Origin: Flavobacteriaceae bacterium
GTDB taxonomy: Bacteria; Bacteroidota; Bacteroidia; Flavobacteriales; Flavobacteriaceae
Direction of reading: 5' to 3'
Length of the DNA: 45,891 nucleotides
Assembly (NCBI GenBank): GCA_022425505.1
Contig: JAKMFI010000069.1
Coordinates: 1 to 45,891, forward strand
The notes beneath the pieces were generated by a model. That model saw nothing but the letters and a program-made list of their open reading frames with translations, was not told where the DNA came from and did no database searches. This document shows, piece after piece, positions 29,244 to 40,756 of this stretch. Each line of letters opens with the position of its first letter. Within the stretch, counting starts at the first letter, position 1. The position numbers and the translations under genes were made by a program.

Positions 29244-30620
29244 ATGGGGAAAACACTCTTTGACAAGGTTTGGGATAGCCATGTCGTCGATCAATTAGAA
29301 GACGGCCCAGATATTTTATACATCGACAAGCATTTAATCCATGAGGTGACAAGCCCACAAGCCTTTTCTGCCCTTAACGATAAGGGCATTCCGGTTTTCA
29401 GACCGCAACAAATTGTAGCAACTGTTGATCACAACGTGCCAACACTCAACCAACATTTGCCAATAAAAGATGAGTTGTCGAGAAATCAGGTAGCAAAATT
29501 GCGCAATAACTGCGAAGAGCACGACATTGAACTTTATGGCTTAGGCCACCCTTATCAAGGAATCGTGCATGTAATCGGTCCAGAACTGGGGATTACTCAA
29601 CCTGGTATGACCATGGTGTGTGGAGATAGCCACACTTCAACGCATGGTGCGTTTGGATCGATCGCATTTGGAATCGGAACCAGTCAAGTTGCTCAAGTTT
29701 TTGCAAGTCAATGTTTGTTGGTGAGTAAGCCAAAAAGCATGCGAATTACTGTTGATGGTGAACTGAAAAATGGAGTTCACCCAAAAGATGTTATTCTTTA
29801 CATCATCTCCCAACTCGGTACAGACTCAGGGACTGGCTACTTCGTTGAATATGCAGGTGAAGTCTTTGAAAAAATGAGTATGGAGGGCCGAATGACGGTC
29901 TGTAATATGAGTATTGAAATGGGTGCGCGTGGAGGCATGATCGCACCTGACCAAACCACATACGACTATATTGAAGGTCGGAAATTTGCGCCTTCAAAGG
30001 CAGAGTGGCAACAAAAACTCAAATATTGGAAATCCTTACCCTCAGACCCTGATGCATCGTTTGACAGAGAATACAGCTTTGATGCAACTGAAATCAGTCC
30101 AATGATTACCTATGGAACAAATCCAGGTATGGGAATTGGAATACAAGAACAAATCCCCTCATCGCAAAACGAATCCTTCCAAAAGTCCTTGGAATATATG
30201 GGATTTAATCAAGGGGATACGCTAAACAATCTGCCCATAAACTATGTTTTTATCGGTAGTTGCACCAACTCAAGAATCGAGGATTTTAGGGTTGCCTCTG
30301 CCTATATCAAGGGGAAGAAAAAAGCAGAAAATGTAAATGCTCTCATCGTTCCTGGCTCACAGCAAGTTGCAAAGCAAATTCAAGACGAGGGCTTAGGTGT
30401 AGTCTTTCAAGAAGCGGGCTTTTTGATCCGTCAACCTGGTTGCTCTGCCTGTTTGGCGATGAACGATGATAAAATACCAGCTGGAGAATACTGTGTGTCC
30501 ACCTCGAATCGAAATTTTGAAGGACGACAAGGTCCCGGAGCTCGTACAATTTTAGCGAGCCCGCTCACTGCGGTTGCTGCCGCTATTGAAGGTAAAATCG
30601 TAGATATAACCCAATTATAA
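29244..30620 (+). CDS. leuC: 3-isopropylmalate dehydratase large subunit
   Basis: 458 aa. The VCGDSHT and IGSCTNSR Fe-S cluster ligand motifs. Confidence 0.95.
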   Translation: MGKTLFDKVWDSHVVDQLEDGPDILYIDKHLIHEVTSPQAFSALNDKGIPVFRPQQIVATVDHNVPTLNQHLPIKDELSRNQVAKLRNNCEEHDIELYGLGHPYQGIVHVIGPELGITQPGMTMVCGDSHTSTHGAFGSIAFGIGTSQVAQVFASQCLLVSKPKSMRITVDGELKNGVHPKDVILYIISQLGTDSGTGYFVEYAGEVFEKMSMEGRMTVCNMSIEMGARGGMIAPDQTTYDYIEGRKFAPSKAEWQQKLKYWKSLPSDPDASFDREYSFDATEISPMITYGTNPGMGIGIQEQIPSSQNESFQKSLEYMGFNQGDTLNNLPINYVFIGSCTNSRIEDFRVASAYIKGKKKAENVNALIVPGSQQVAKQIQDEGLGVVFQEAGFLIRQPGCSACLAMNDDKIPAGEYCVSTSNRNFEGRQGPGARTILASPLTAVAAAIEGKIVDITQL

Positions 30621-31210
30621 TGGAAAAGTTTACCAGACTAGAACAAACTGCCATTCCGTTAGACATCGAAAACGTTGATACAGACCAAATTATCCCAGCG
30701 CGTTTTTTAAAGGCGACTGATCGTGAAGGATTTGGTGAAAACCTATTTCGTGACTGGCGATATGATAAAAACAACAAGCCCATCACTGATTTTGTTTTGA
30801 ACAACCCAACTTTTGCAGGACCTATCCTTGTCGCTGGAAATAATTTTGGCTGTGGCTCGAGCCGTGAACATGCTGCTTGGGCATTAGCAGATTTTGGGTT
30901 CAAGGTGGTAATTTCCAGTTTCTTTGCTGATATTTTTAAGGGGAATGTCCTGAACAACGGACTGCTTCCTATCCAAGTTAGCGACAGCCAACTCCAAACA
31001 ATTTTTAAAGCTATTAAAGAAAATCCTAACTGCGAGTTTATTGTAGATTTAGTGGGTCAATGCATCAAAATCCCCTCTATTAATTTACATATAGACTTTG
31101 AGATTAACAGCTACAAAAAAACATGCTTAATAAATGGCTATGACGATATTGATTATTTGATCAACAATAAGCATAAAATAGAAGAATTCGAAAGGAAACG
31201 AAATGCATAA
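30620..31210 (+). CDS. leuD: 3-isopropylmalate dehydratase small subunit
   Basis: 196 aa. [18 protein letters not shown] overlap with leuC. Confidence 0.93.
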   Translation: MEKFTRLEQTAIPLDIENVDTDQIIPARFLKATDREGFGENLFRDWRYDKNNKPITDFVLNNPTFAGPILVAGNNFGCGSSREHAAWALADFGFKVVISSFFADIFKGNVLNNGLLPIQVSDSQLQTIFKAIKENPNCEFIVDLVGQCIKIPSINLHIDFEINSYKKTCLINGYDDIDYLINNKHKIEEFERKRNA

Positions 31211-32264
31211 AAAAATTGCCGTTTTAGCTGGAGATGGGATTGGCCCCGAAATCATTACAGAAGCCATAAAGGTTTTACAAGCAATCGAAAAAAAGTACAA
31301 CCACTCTTTCAGCTTCGAGCACGCACTGATGGGTGCGGTTGCCATTGACGCAACAGGCAACCCACTTCCAGAAAAAACCATTGAGATTTGCAAATCCAAC
31401 GATGCAATATTATTTGGAGCAATAGGAGACCCAAAATATGATAATGACCCCAATGCAAAAGTACGTCCCGAACAAGGACTTCTAGCTCTTCGAAAAACAT
31501 TAAATCTGTATTGCAACGTGCGTCCTGTTACAATCTACGATCGTCTTATCGAAAGTTCACCACTAAAGCGAGATCGAATTGAAGGAGTCGATTTGGTGAT
31601 TTATCGGGAATTAACAGGGGGGATATATTTTGGTCAAAAGAAAGAAGCGGATGAAAAAGGGATTGCATCTGATTTGTGTTCGTATTCCAAAGAAGAAATC
31701 TTACGAGTCGCCCACCTTGCCTTTAAAGCTGCAGCGAAGCGTAAAAATAAACTGACATTGGTTGACAAAGCAAATGTCCTTGCCTCCTCTCGGCTATGGA
31801 GAAGTGTGGTGATAGAACTACACAGCAAAGAGTACAAGGACGTTGAATTGGATTTTCTATTTGTCGATAACGCAGCCATGCAAATGGTATTAAACCCCGC
31901 TCAATTTGATGTTATATTGACTGGAAATCTGTTTGGTGACATCATTTCAGACGAAGCAAGTGTAATCGGCGGATCAATTGGTTTGTTGGCTTCTGCTTCC
32001 ATTGGGGATCGGTATGCACTATTTGAACCGATTCATGGTTCGTTCCCGCAGGGCAAAGGAAAAGGCATTGCCAATCCGATTGCTACGATTTTATCAGCTG
32101 CGATGATGCTCGATCATTTTGACATGTTTCAGGAAGCCAATACAATTCGTGACGCTGTACAAAAATCCATTAACAGCGATGTCGGAACTCACGATATCGT
32201 ATCCGATCAAAGTTACACAACAGCAGAGGTTGGATCGTATATCAGAAACATCATTCTTGAATAA
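31203..32264 (+). CDS. leuB: 3-isopropylmalate dehydrogenase
   Basis: 353 aa. [10 protein letters not shown] and [19 protein letters not shown]. Overlaps leuD by 8 nt. Confidence 0.95.
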   Translation: MHKKIAVLAGDGIGPEIITEAIKVLQAIEKKYNHSFSFEHALMGAVAIDATGNPLPEKTIEICKSNDAILFGAIGDPKYDNDPNAKVRPEQGLLALRKTLNLYCNVRPVTIYDRLIESSPLKRDRIEGVDLVIYRELTGGIYFGQKKEADEKGIASDLCSYSKEEILRVAHLAFKAAAKRKNKLTLVDKANVLASSRLWRSVVIELHSKEYKDVELDFLFVDNAAMQMVLNPAQFDVILTGNLFGDIISDEASVIGGSIGLLASASIGDRYALFEPIHGSFPQGKGKGIANPIATILSAAMMLDHFDMFQEANTIRDAVQKSINSDVGTHDIVSDQSYTTAEVGSYIRNIILE

Positions 32265-32268
32265 AAAA

Positions 32269-32289
32269 AAGGCGCTAAAATAGCGCCTT
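32269..32289. terminator. Bidirectional intrinsic terminator between the convergent leuB and rpsA genes
   Basis: AAGGCGCTA-AAA-TAGCGCCTT: a perfect 9-bp stem, preceded by an A8 run and followed by ATTTTC. Confidence 0.7.
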
Positions 32290-32316
32290 ATTTTCTAAAT
32301 AGTATAAGGACTATAA

Positions 32317-34155
32317 CTAGTCTTTTTCTTCTTCGTTCATCTTCTTTTTAAGATCAGCTAAGGCATCGATATCACCAAGAGTTGAAACCTCCGTTTTGGT
32401 AGCTTTCTTCTTTGCTTTTTTCACGATTTCTTGCTCCATCTCTTTATAAACTGCACTGTGAGATAGCACTACTCGCTTGTAATCTTTATTGAATTCAATT
32501 ACTTTGAATTCGGCAGATTCTCCCTTTTTCAGTTTATTTCCATCTTCTTTTTCAAGATGACGATTTGGAACAAAGGCAGTAATATCATCGTTGAGAATGA
32601 CCGTTGCCCCTTTGTCCACAATTTCATGAATCGACGATTCAACTAAAGTTCCCTCAGAAAACTCACTTAAATATTTGTTCCACGGGTTGTCTTGGATTTG
32701 CTTGTGACCGAGACTCAGCTTTCTGCCATCAACATCCAATTCGAGGACAACAACTTCCAAGTCTTGACCAACTGTAACTACCTCTGATGGGTGCTTTACT
32801 TTTTTGGTCCATGATAGCTCAGAAATGTAGATCAATCCGTCGATTCCTTCCTCTAGTTCTACAAAAACACCAAAATTTGTGAAGTTTCTAATGACACCTT
32901 TGTGCTTGGAACCAACAGGATATTTTGATGTGATATCCGTCCATGGGTCTGCAGAAAGCTGCTTCATACCCAGTGACATTTTTCGATCTTCACGATCGAG
33001 TGACAAAATGGAAACTTTAACCTGATCGCCTACGTTTACAAAGTCTTGCGCAGAGCGCATGTGTGTGCTCCATGACATTTCAGAAACGTGAACAAGACCT
33101 TCAACACCAGGTGCAATCTCAATAAATGCTCCGTAATCAGCAATTACAGCAACTTTTCCGTCAACAATATCTCCTTCTTTTACATCTTCGCTAAGTGCTT
33201 CCCAAGGATGTTGACTCAATTGTTTCACTCCCAATTGGATACGTGATTTATCATCATCGAAGTCAAGAATAACAACATTGAGTTTTTGATCGAGCTCAAG
33301 GATTTCTCCGGGATGATTGATTCGGTTCCAAGACAAATCGGTAATGTGAACAAGCCCGTCAACTCCTCCTAGATCGATAAAGACTCCGTAAGAAGTGATG
33401 TTTTTAACAGTTCCTTCCAGCACTTGTCCTTTTTCGAGTTGGCCGATAATTTCCTTTTTCTGTTCTTCAATATCCGCTTCGATCAATGCCTTGTGAGAAA
33501 CAACAACATTCTTAAATTCGTGATTGATTTTTACAATCTTGAATTCCATGTTTTTACTCACGTATTGGTCATAGTCACGGATTGGCTTCACATCAATCTG
33601 TGAGCCGGGTAAAAACGCCTCGATTCCAAATACGTCAACAATCATACCCCCTTTGGTACGACATTTGACAAAACCAGTAATAACCTCGCCATTATCGTGG
33701 GCTTCATTCACTCGATCCCACGCTTTGATCACACGAGCTTTTCGGTGTGAAAGAACCAACTGTCCCGTCTTATCCTCACGAATGTCAACAATGACTTCAA
33801 CACTGTCGCCAACTTTTAAATCGGGATTATATCTAAATTCATTTAATGAAATAACACCCTCAGATTTCGCATTTATATCAATAATGGCTTCACGGTCAGT
33901 CATATGTGTAACTGTACCTTGAATTACATCTGTGTGCTGGGTGTCTACAAAATTCTCGTGTACAAGCTTTTCAAATTCCTTGTACTTCTTTTCGTCTACA
34001 GTTTCAGCAGCTTCTTGGTAAGAAACCCAATCAAAATTTGCTAAAAACTCTTCAGAAGATTGTGTGGTGGACTGAGAATCGTTTGTCTCTTTGTCCGAAG
34101 TAGAGGGCTCGACATTTTCTACTTGAGCTTCCTCGTTTACATGATCAGTAGTCAT
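32317..34155 (-). CDS. rpsA: 30S ribosomal protein S1
   Basis: 612 aa with six repeated S1 (OB-fold) domains (recurrent G.V..i...GafV.l pattern). An acidic N-terminal extension is common in Bacteroidota. Confidence 0.93.
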   Translation of the reverse strand: MTTDHVNEEAQVENVEPSTSDKETNDSQSTTQSSEEFLANFDWVSYQEAAETVDEKKYKEFEKLVHENFVDTQHTDVIQGTVTHMTDREAIIDINAKSEGVISLNEFRYNPDLKVGDSVEVIVDIREDKTGQLVLSHRKARVIKAWDRVNEAHDNGEVITGFVKCRTKGGMIVDVFGIEAFLPGSQIDVKPIRDYDQYVSKNMEFKIVKINHEFKNVVVSHKALIEADIEEQKKEIIGQLEKGQVLEGTVKNITSYGVFIDLGGVDGLVHITDLSWNRINHPGEILELDQKLNVVILDFDDDKSRIQLGVKQLSQHPWEALSEDVKEGDIVDGKVAVIADYGAFIEIAPGVEGLVHVSEMSWSTHMRSAQDFVNVGDQVKVSILSLDREDRKMSLGMKQLSADPWTDITSKYPVGSKHKGVIRNFTNFGVFVELEEGIDGLIYISELSWTKKVKHPSEVVTVGQDLEVVVLELDVDGRKLSLGHKQIQDNPWNKYLSEFSEGTLVESSIHEIVDKGATVILNDDITAFVPNRHLEKEDGNKLKKGESAEFKVIEFNKDYKRVVLSHSAVYKEMEQEIVKKAKKKATKTEVSTLGDIDALADLKKKMNEEEKD

Positions 34156-34171
34156 GATTTTAAGTTTTGTA

Positions 34172-34209
34172 TTTTGTTGCTTTTAGAAAATTGGCGTCAA
34201 GCAACAAAA
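34172..34209 (-). promoter_or_regulatory. 11-bp stem / 16-nt loop hairpin in the rpsA 5' leader
   Basis: TTTTGTTGCTT (34172-34182) pairs perfectly with AAGCAACAAAA (34199-34209). In mRNA sense it ends 16 nt before the rpsA ATG and is not followed by a U run. Confidence 0.3.
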
Positions 34210-34313
34210 GCGGTTATCAAATAAACCAAGGGGTATTTTCTATCAGACGCTTCCCTTAGGGTGGGCAAAATTAACCCTTTTCAAGAGACAAGCAAATAAT
34301 TAGACCCTAAAGT

Positions 34314-34985
34314 TTATGATAAGCGTTTATCTATTTCTGCTGTGGTAAGAGTGAAAAGGTCAGTCAAGCCCTCTTTGTCGTTGCTTAACACAATCGCATT
34401 CTCTGGAATAATGAGGGGGGAATCGTCCCTGCTGGAATCAATATGGTCTCGTTTTGCGATGTTAGCTTGAACTTCTTCAACAGAAACGTGTTCTCCTTTT
34501 TCGATCAGTTCTCCATATCTGCGATTGGTTCGAACTTCCATGGAGGCTTCAAGAAAAAATTTGATTGTCGCATTGGGAAATACTACACTGCCGATGTCTC
34601 TGCCGTCCATGACAACATTTCCTTTTGCACCCAATTGCCTTTGCTTGGCCACCATAAATTGCCTGAATTGTGGTTCTTTAGCGACTAAACTGACCTTGTT
34701 AGAAACCCCCATTGAGCGAACTTCATCCTCAATAATTTTACCATTTAGCGTGATATCATCCGCTATGGTAAAGTCAATATCAATGGTTGGTAAGTGAGCG
34801 ATCAGGGCATCGACGTCAAATTTATGATCGTTTAGAAGATCGTGACCCTGGGCATAGAAGGTCAATGCGCGATACATCGCACCAGAGTCAATGTGCTTAA
34901 AATCGTAATGTTTGGCAATGGCCTTTGCCAAAGAACTTTTACCAGTTGATGAAGCTCCGTCAATTGTAATAATGATGCTTTCCAT
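34314..34985 (-). CDS. cmk: Cytidylate kinase
   Basis: 223 aa. P-loop IDGASSTGKSS and DSGAMYRA. The ATG follows directly after the stop of the porQ reading frame. Confidence 0.9.
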   Translation of the reverse strand: MESIIITIDGASSTGKSSLAKAIAKHYDFKHIDSGAMYRALTFYAQGHDLLNDHKFDVDALIAHLPTIDIDFTIADDITLNGKIIEDEVRSMGVSNKVSLVAKEPQFRQFMVAKQRQLGAKGNVVMDGRDIGSVVFPNATIKFFLEASMEVRTNRRYGELIEKGEHVSVEEVQANIAKRDHIDSSRDDSPLIIPENAIVLSNDKEGLTDLFTLTTAEIDKRLS

Positions 34986-35992
34986 TCAGGGCACAAAGAT
35001 AAGACCTAAAAAATTAGTATTCCCGGCAGCGCTAAAACGTGCATGACTGTAATTAAACCTAAATTTTCGCAAATTGATCCCAAAGCCAAAACTCAGACCT
35101 GAAAAACTTCGAACATCTGCAATTGAAAGTTCCGCAGAACGCAAAAATTATAACCAATCTGTATGGAAAATGTACGATCGGGAAATAACTCAGCACCAAA
35201 GGCAAGGTGTTTGAACAATTCATCGAAAAAATTTGGGTTTTCGTAAATCAACTCTCCTTCAAAATTAGTTTGTTGCTGATTGGGGTTAACATAGGCAAGA
35301 TTCCAATTTTGTAGGTGATCAATCGATAAATGCCAACGTAGAGGGAGATACTGAAGTTCATTAGAAATGCCAAATGATAAAGAAAACGGAATACTTTCTT
35401 TTACACTATCATAAGTGCGAAGTTGCGACCCAATATTGCGAGCGACCAAACCAAATCGGTAATTAGAAGATGGTGAGCTATGATATACCCCTAAATCTGC
35501 CGTAAACCCAGTTTAATTGTATTCTGCTAGCGTTGAGCTAATCAGGTTTAACCTTGCCCCCACAAAGAGATTTTTGGAAGGAAAATGGTGCGCATAAGCT
35601 ACGCCCAAAGCAACTTCATTTCCCGAGAATTCGCCTATTTTCTCTCCAAAAGTATTCTTTTCATCAAATGTCCCATAATGTATAAATCGGGTGTCTATCA
35701 AAATGGAACGTCCTTCTTTTAAGCCAAAAACAGCAGCTGCAGTACCACGGTTAATTCCCGCAAAATAGGGCTGATAGTTCAATACGACTTGACCCTGTAT
35801 GGAATCTGAAACCATTGCTGGATTTGCCAAGGCGCTGTGAATGGAGTTTGGAGATAAGGTCGAAACCCATGTCCCCAAAGCCATATGTCTTGGGCTTGGA
35901 GACAACTCTAAAAATTGATAGGTGTTTGACCCGCCGATTTGAGCAGATATAGACAAACAATACAAAAGAGCGCAAATTGCAATCAACCTCAT
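34986..35992 (-). pseudogene. porQ: T9SS PorQ-like outer-membrane beta-barrel gene, disrupted by one in-frame TAA and one -1 frameshift
   Basis: Track ORFs 35513..35992 and 35093..35449 are in the same frame, separated only by the TAA at 35515-35513 (...LAEYN*TGFTADLGVYHS...). The C-terminus (FLRSAELSIADVRSFSGLSFGFGINLRKFRFNYSHARFSAAGNTNFLGLIFVP*) resumes in another frame across a T5 run (plus-strand A5 at 35143-35147). Total length is 1007 nt, i.e. 336 codons minus 1 nt. A signal peptide and the NPA..., LNYQPYFAGIN pattern resemble PorQ/PorP-type proteins. Confidence 0.6.
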
Positions 35993-36020
35993 ATAGACAA
36001 GAAACGCATTGGATTGAAAA

Positions 36021-38477
36021 TTATTTGATTTTGCGGAGTTGATTTGTCGCTTTTTGGGATGTCAATGCAAAATCAATTACATCAATCATGGAAGAAACAT
36101 ATTGAAACTGTAAGCCACGAAGATAGTTTTGGTTGATTTCTTCTACATCTTTTTTGTTGTCAGCACACAAAATAATCGTTTTTACATTTGCACGTTTAGC
36201 AGCGAGAATTTTTTCTTTAATCCCTCCTACTGGGAGTACTTTTCCTCTCAGGGTAATTTCCCCTGACATTGCAATTCGACTCTTTACCTTTCTGCGAGTC
36301 ACAGAAGAAACCAGTGAGGTCAACATCGTGATTCCCGCACTTGGGCCGTCTTTGGGAGTTGCTCCTTCGGGTACGTGAATATGAAAATTGTATGTGTTCA
36401 ATTCTTCAGCACTCGTACCGAGTTGGTCAGCGTAAGATTTGATAAACTCCAGTGCGATTGTCGCTGATTCTTTCATCACTTTTCCCAAGTTTCCAGTCAA
36501 GGAAAGCTTGCCAGAGCCTTTTGTAATCAGAGACTCAATAAACAAAATATCGCCGCCCATCTGCGTCCATGCAAGGCCCGTGACAACACCCGGAACATCA
36601 TTGTTTTCATAAGCATTCATTGAAATTTTTTCAGGCCCTAAAACCGATTCAACATGCTTTGTTTCAAATACTGTTTCAAATGTTTCTTCGAGGGCAATGG
36701 ACTTCGCTCGGTTTCGAATCACTTTCGCAATGGTCTTATCAAGACCACGTACGCCAGACTCACGCGTATATCCAGAAATGAGATTCTTCAAAACAGGCTT
36801 CCCGATTTTAATGTCGTTTGTCGTCAAGCCGTGTTCCTTGATTTGTTTGGGTACAAGGTATTTATTTCCGATGGAAACTTTTTCCTCGAGAGTATATCCA
36901 CTCACACGGATGATTTCCATTCGATCTAACAAAGCGGGTTGTATTTTGGACAATGTGTTTGAAGTTGCGATAAACAGCACTTTTGAAAGATCGTAACCCA
37001 ACTCCAAAAAGTTGTCATAAAATTCACTGTTTTGCTCTGGATCAAGCACTTCAAGTAAAGCCGACGAAGGGTCGCCACTAGCTCCAGACGAAAGTTTATC
37101 AATCTCATCGAGAACAAAAACGGGGTTTGATGTGCCTGCCTTTTTGATATTTTGCAAAATTCTCCCTGGCATTGCGCCAATGTAGGTTTTTCGGTGACCT
37201 CGGATTTCGGCTTCATCTCGCATACCCCCAAGGGAAATGCGAACATATTCTCTGCCAAGAGCTTCGGCAATCGATTTACCCAAAGATGTTTTTCCGACTC
37301 CCGGGGGCCCAGTCAAGCATAAAATGGGAGACTTCATATCGTTTCGAAGTTTTAAAACTGCCAAAAACTCAATGATTCTGTTTTTGACCTCTTCTAAGCC
37401 AAAGTGATCCCGGTCAAGAATACGCTGAGCGCGCTTTAAATCAAATTTATCCTTTGAAAACTCATCCCAAGGCAGGTCGAGTAACAATTCTAAATAGTTT
37501 CGTTGTACGCCATATTCGGCAACTTGAGAGTTCATCCGCTCAAGTTTTGCCAATTCTTTATCAAAATGGGTTTTTACCTTTATACTCCATTTCTTTTTCA
37601 GAGATCGTGTTTTCATTTCAGAAACATCCTGATGGGATGAAGCGCCACCCAATTCTTCTTGAATGGTTTTCATTTGCTGATGAAGGAAGTATTCACGCTG
37701 TTGCTGATCTAAATCATTACGAACTTTAGACTGCACTTCGTTTTTCAAGGATAGCTTTTGAAACTCCACATCCATATGCTTCAAACAAAGCAGTGCACGA
37801 GTATGGAGATTGTTGCTTTGGAGAATCTCTTGTTTATCAGTGGTTGCCATACTCATATTGGAGGAAACAAAATTGACCAAAAAAGACTCACTTTTAATAT
37901 TGTTGATTGCAAAAGACGCTTCCGATGGAATATTAGGACTGTCAGCTATGATTTGTAGGGACAAATCCTTAATCGAATCAATAACAGCCGCAAACTCTTT
38001 ATCTCCTTTAGCAGGTCGCTCATCTGGCAGTTCTGAAACTGTAGCTTTCAGATAATTTTCCGATTCTATAAAACTTTCAATCTGAAAGCGTTTTTTTCCC
38101 TGTAAAATAACCGTGGTATTCCCGTCAGGCATTTGTAAAACTCGAAGGATACGAGCAAGTGTGCCAACCTTATGAAGATCGTTTTGATCAGGGGATTGCA
38201 CCGACGAGTCGAGCTGTGAAACAACTCCAATCAGTTTGTTAGACGTATTGGCGTCACGAATCAATTGAATCGATTTGTCACGAGAGGCTGTTATTGGAAT
38301 CACAACCCCAGGGAACAATACCGTGTTTCGCAAAGGTAAAATTGGAATTACTTCTGGAACGGGCTCTTTTGAAATTGCCTCCTCATCGTCAGTGGTCATT
38401 AATGGAATTAATTCCGCATCAACTTCCAATTCTTCTAATGAAAGGTCATCGAGTGAGATTAGTTTTGTTTTTCCCAT
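36021..38477 (-). CDS. lon: ATP-dependent Lon protease (endopeptidase La)
   Basis: 818 aa. Walker [10 protein letters not shown] and the catalytic PKDGPSAG with a downstream K, plus an N-terminal LON substrate-binding domain. Confidence 0.95.
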   Translation of the reverse strand: MGKTKLISLDDLSLEELEVDAELIPLMTTDDEEAISKEPVPEVIPILPLRNTVLFPGVVIPITASRDKSIQLIRDANTSNKLIGVVSQLDSSVQSPDQNDLHKVGTLARILRVLQMPDGNTTVILQGKKRFQIESFIESENYLKATVSELPDERPAKGDKEFAAVIDSIKDLSLQIIADSPNIPSEASFAINNIKSESFLVNFVSSNMSMATTDKQEILQSNNLHTRALLCLKHMDVEFQKLSLKNEVQSKVRNDLDQQQREYFLHQQMKTIQEELGGASSHQDVSEMKTRSLKKKWSIKVKTHFDKELAKLERMNSQVAEYGVQRNYLELLLDLPWDEFSKDKFDLKRAQRILDRDHFGLEEVKNRIIEFLAVLKLRNDMKSPILCLTGPPGVGKTSLGKSIAEALGREYVRISLGGMRDEAEIRGHRKTYIGAMPGRILQNIKKAGTSNPVFVLDEIDKLSSGASGDPSSALLEVLDPEQNSEFYDNFLELGYDLSKVLFIATSNTLSKIQPALLDRMEIIRVSGYTLEEKVSIGNKYLVPKQIKEHGLTTNDIKIGKPVLKNLISGYTRESGVRGLDKTIAKVIRNRAKSIALEETFETVFETKHVESVLGPEKISMNAYENNDVPGVVTGLAWTQMGGDILFIESLITKGSGKLSLTGNLGKVMKESATIALEFIKSYADQLGTSAEELNTYNFHIHVPEGATPKDGPSAGITMLTSLVSSVTRRKVKSRIAMSGEITLRGKVLPVGGIKEKILAAKRANVKTIILCADNKKDVEEINQNYLRGLQFQYVSSMIDVIDFALTSQKATNQLRKIK

Positions 38478-38651
38478 GGACTATGTCATTTTGTCGCACT
38501 TTCTTGCAAATACACCTCATTTGTCAGTAATCTATGGCTGACCATATCAGAAGTTTTGCATTTTTACATGCGTAAATAAATATTCAATATCCATGCCATC
38601 AGTTAAATTATTTAAAATTTTAATACATTTATAAAACCAAATCTTAATATC

Positions 38652-39401
38652 ATGAAATATCTATTTATCATGCTTGTGCAAACGAGTTCTATCATTTCTG
38701 CCCAATGGCAAGACGCAATTTCTGGAAACGCAATCCTAGACTCTCTTCACCAAGAGGTTTCAAAATTTGATACGATTGAAGTCTTAGGTCCTTTTGAAAT
38801 TACACTGAAAAAAGGAAATCGTCACAACATCACAATCGTTGGAGAGTCCAATTTAATACCTCACGTCGAATTTGACGTCAACAAAAACAAACTCGTTTTG
38901 CGAACATCTAACAACAAGCGACTTCACAGCAAAACAGGAAATCCAATACAAATTGCTGTGACAGCAAAAGAGTTATCTGAAATATATGTTATCGGTTCGG
39001 GTAAGATTTCAAGCTCAACCTCTTTATTTTCAAAATATCTGCTGCTAGAACTCATCGACTCTGGAGAAATACAAATCCCTGTAAAAAGCCAAACGGTTTC
39101 CGTGCATATCACTGGATCTGGGCATATTTCCCTAAATGGGAGCTGTAAAACCATAAAGGGGAAAATCATTGGGTCGGGCCATCTTCACTCAGAGGAGCTG
39201 AAAACCGAAAACTCTTTTTTACGTCTCACTGGATCCGGACAAGCAAGCATCAATTGTTCTGACAAATTAAAAGCGATGATCGATGGAACAGCAGATGTCA
39301 TCTATACAGGTAACCCCAAACGTGTTGAAATATCAACCTGGCTTGGTGGGGATAAATATATATTTTCAGACCGCAGACTTACGGTGGAGACGAATCAGTA
39401 A
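38652..39401 (+). CDS. DUF2807-like (head GIN domain) secreted beta-solenoid protein
   Basis: 249 aa. Signal-like N-terminus and repeated GSG.I/GSGH.. units (VIGSGKIS, ITGSGHISL, IIGSGHL, LTGSGQASI) typical of this family. The last 36 nt overlap the convergent MFS gene. Confidence 0.65.
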   Translation: MKYLFIMLVQTSSIISAQWQDAISGNAILDSLHQEVSKFDTIEVLGPFEITLKKGNRHNITIVGESNLIPHVEFDVNKNKLVLRTSNNKRLHSKTGNPIQIAVTAKELSEIYVIGSGKISSSTSLFSKYLLLELIDSGEIQIPVKSQTVSVHITGSGHISLNGSCKTIKGKIIGSGHLHSEELKTENSFLRLTGSGQASINCSDKLKAMIDGTADVIYTGNPKRVEISTWLGGDKYIFSDRRLTVETNQ

Positions 39402-40679
39402 AAAGGCGCCAATCAAGAAAAACAAAAGAAAAAACAAAATTGAATTTCGCATCGATCCAGTGACTTGATCAATCGTCCCAAAGAGTAACATTCCCAACAC
39501 AATCCCTGTCATCTGAGAAGTACTGTAAAAACTAAAAAAGGACGCAGTATCATCGGTTTTTGGTATGTATTTGGAATATGTTGATCGGGCCAAGGATTGT
39601 ATACCGCCCATAGACAAGCCAACAAAACCTGCTGCTATGTAAAATTGTATAGGCGTCCTAACAAAAAAAGCATACAGACAAAGACTAACCCATATAAAGT
39701 TTAAGACGATTAAAACTGGAAGATTTCCAAATTTTTCTGAGCAACGAGCAGTTAGTATCGCACCGATAATCGCAATCAGTTGGATAATCATAATGCTGAC
39801 GATCAAACCAGTTTGTTTTTCACTCACACTCCCCCAACTGACCTCTTGCTCACCAAAATAAGCCGCAATTAGCATGACCGTCTGCACTGCCATACTGAAT
39901 ACAAAAAAAGCACCGATATAACTTTTTAAAATTGGATGGTTTGAAAAACTCTTCCAAACAGAACGAAGCTCTCGGTATCCATTAAAAATGATACTTTTCG
40001 TCAATGCATTGGATTTATTACCCTTAGGCAAAAATCGAAAGGCGATTTGACTAAAAAGTATCCACCACACCCCGACGCAGACAAAGGAATATTTCATGGC
40101 CTTGATCGACGCTTCCGTTGAAGTGCCTTCAATGCCATACATGTTGGGGTTGAGAACCATACTCAAATTGACGAGCAACAACAACACGCTGCCCACATAG
40201 CCCAATGAATAGCCCAACGCACTCGCTTTGTCCATCTGTTTAGGATGGGCAATATCCGGAAGATAGGAGTTGTAAAACACCCAGCTCAGCCATGCACCAA
40301 CAGAGGCAAAGAAATAACACAGTAAACCAATATAAATATTTTCAAGGTTAAACCAATACAAACCAATACAGGACAACGCCCCAACATAGGAGTAGAATTG
40401 CATAAAAGACTTTTTGTTTCCTATATAGTCAGCAATTCCAGATAAAATGGGAGACAGTATTGCAACAACAGCAAAGGCAGCTGCCGTTGTGTAACTTATC
40501 AAAGCAGTGTTTTTAAGAGACTGCCCAAAGACGTCAATATAAAGGTTGTCACCGAATAAAGAACCGTAATATATGGGGAATATGGTGGAAGTAATCACCA
40601 AAAAATAAACAGAATTTGCCCAATCATATGAGGCCCAAGCACGGATGAGTTTTTTACTTCCTTTTTGTAAATGCCCCAT
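39366..40679 (-). CDS. MFS transporter (UMF1/Atg22-like family)
   Basis: About 437 aa with roughly 12 predicted helices. The N-terminal IRAWASYDWANSVYF is typical of the UMF1 family. I chose the ATG at 40679; the track start at 40730 is TTG. Confidence 0.75.
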   Translation of the reverse strand: MGHLQKGSKKLIRAWASYDWANSVYFLVITSTIFPIYYGSLFGDNLYIDVFGQSLKNTALISYTTAAAFAVVAILSPILSGIADYIGNKKSFMQFYSYVGALSCIGLYWFNLENIYIGLLCYFFASVGAWLSWVFYNSYLPDIAHPKQMDKASALGYSLGYVGSVLLLLVNLSMVLNPNMYGIEGTSTEASIKAMKYSFVCVGVWWILFSQIAFRFLPKGNKSNALTKSIIFNGYRELRSVWKSFSNHPILKSYIGAFFVFSMAVQTVMLIAAYFGEQEVSWGSVSEKQTGLIVSIMIIQLIAIIGAILTARCSEKFGNLPVLIVLNFIWVSLCLYAFFVRTPIQFYIAAGFVGLSMGGIQSLARSTYSKYIPKTDDTASFFSFYSTSQMTGIVLGMLLFGTIDQVTGSMRNSILFFLLFFLIGAFLLIRLHRKSAV

Positions 40680-40756
40680 AATTGGATTTAGTTGACCAAA
40701 ATAGTGAAAATAATATGTTTGTTTTTTCAAATTGATTAACTTTATTTGCTTTTGCT

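Noticed and set aside
35093-35992. Two separate small genes (159 aa and 118 aa).
   Set aside because: Both are in the same frame, split only by one TAA, and together with a frameshifted C-terminus they reconstruct one PorQ-sized barrel protein. I treat them as a single disrupted gene.
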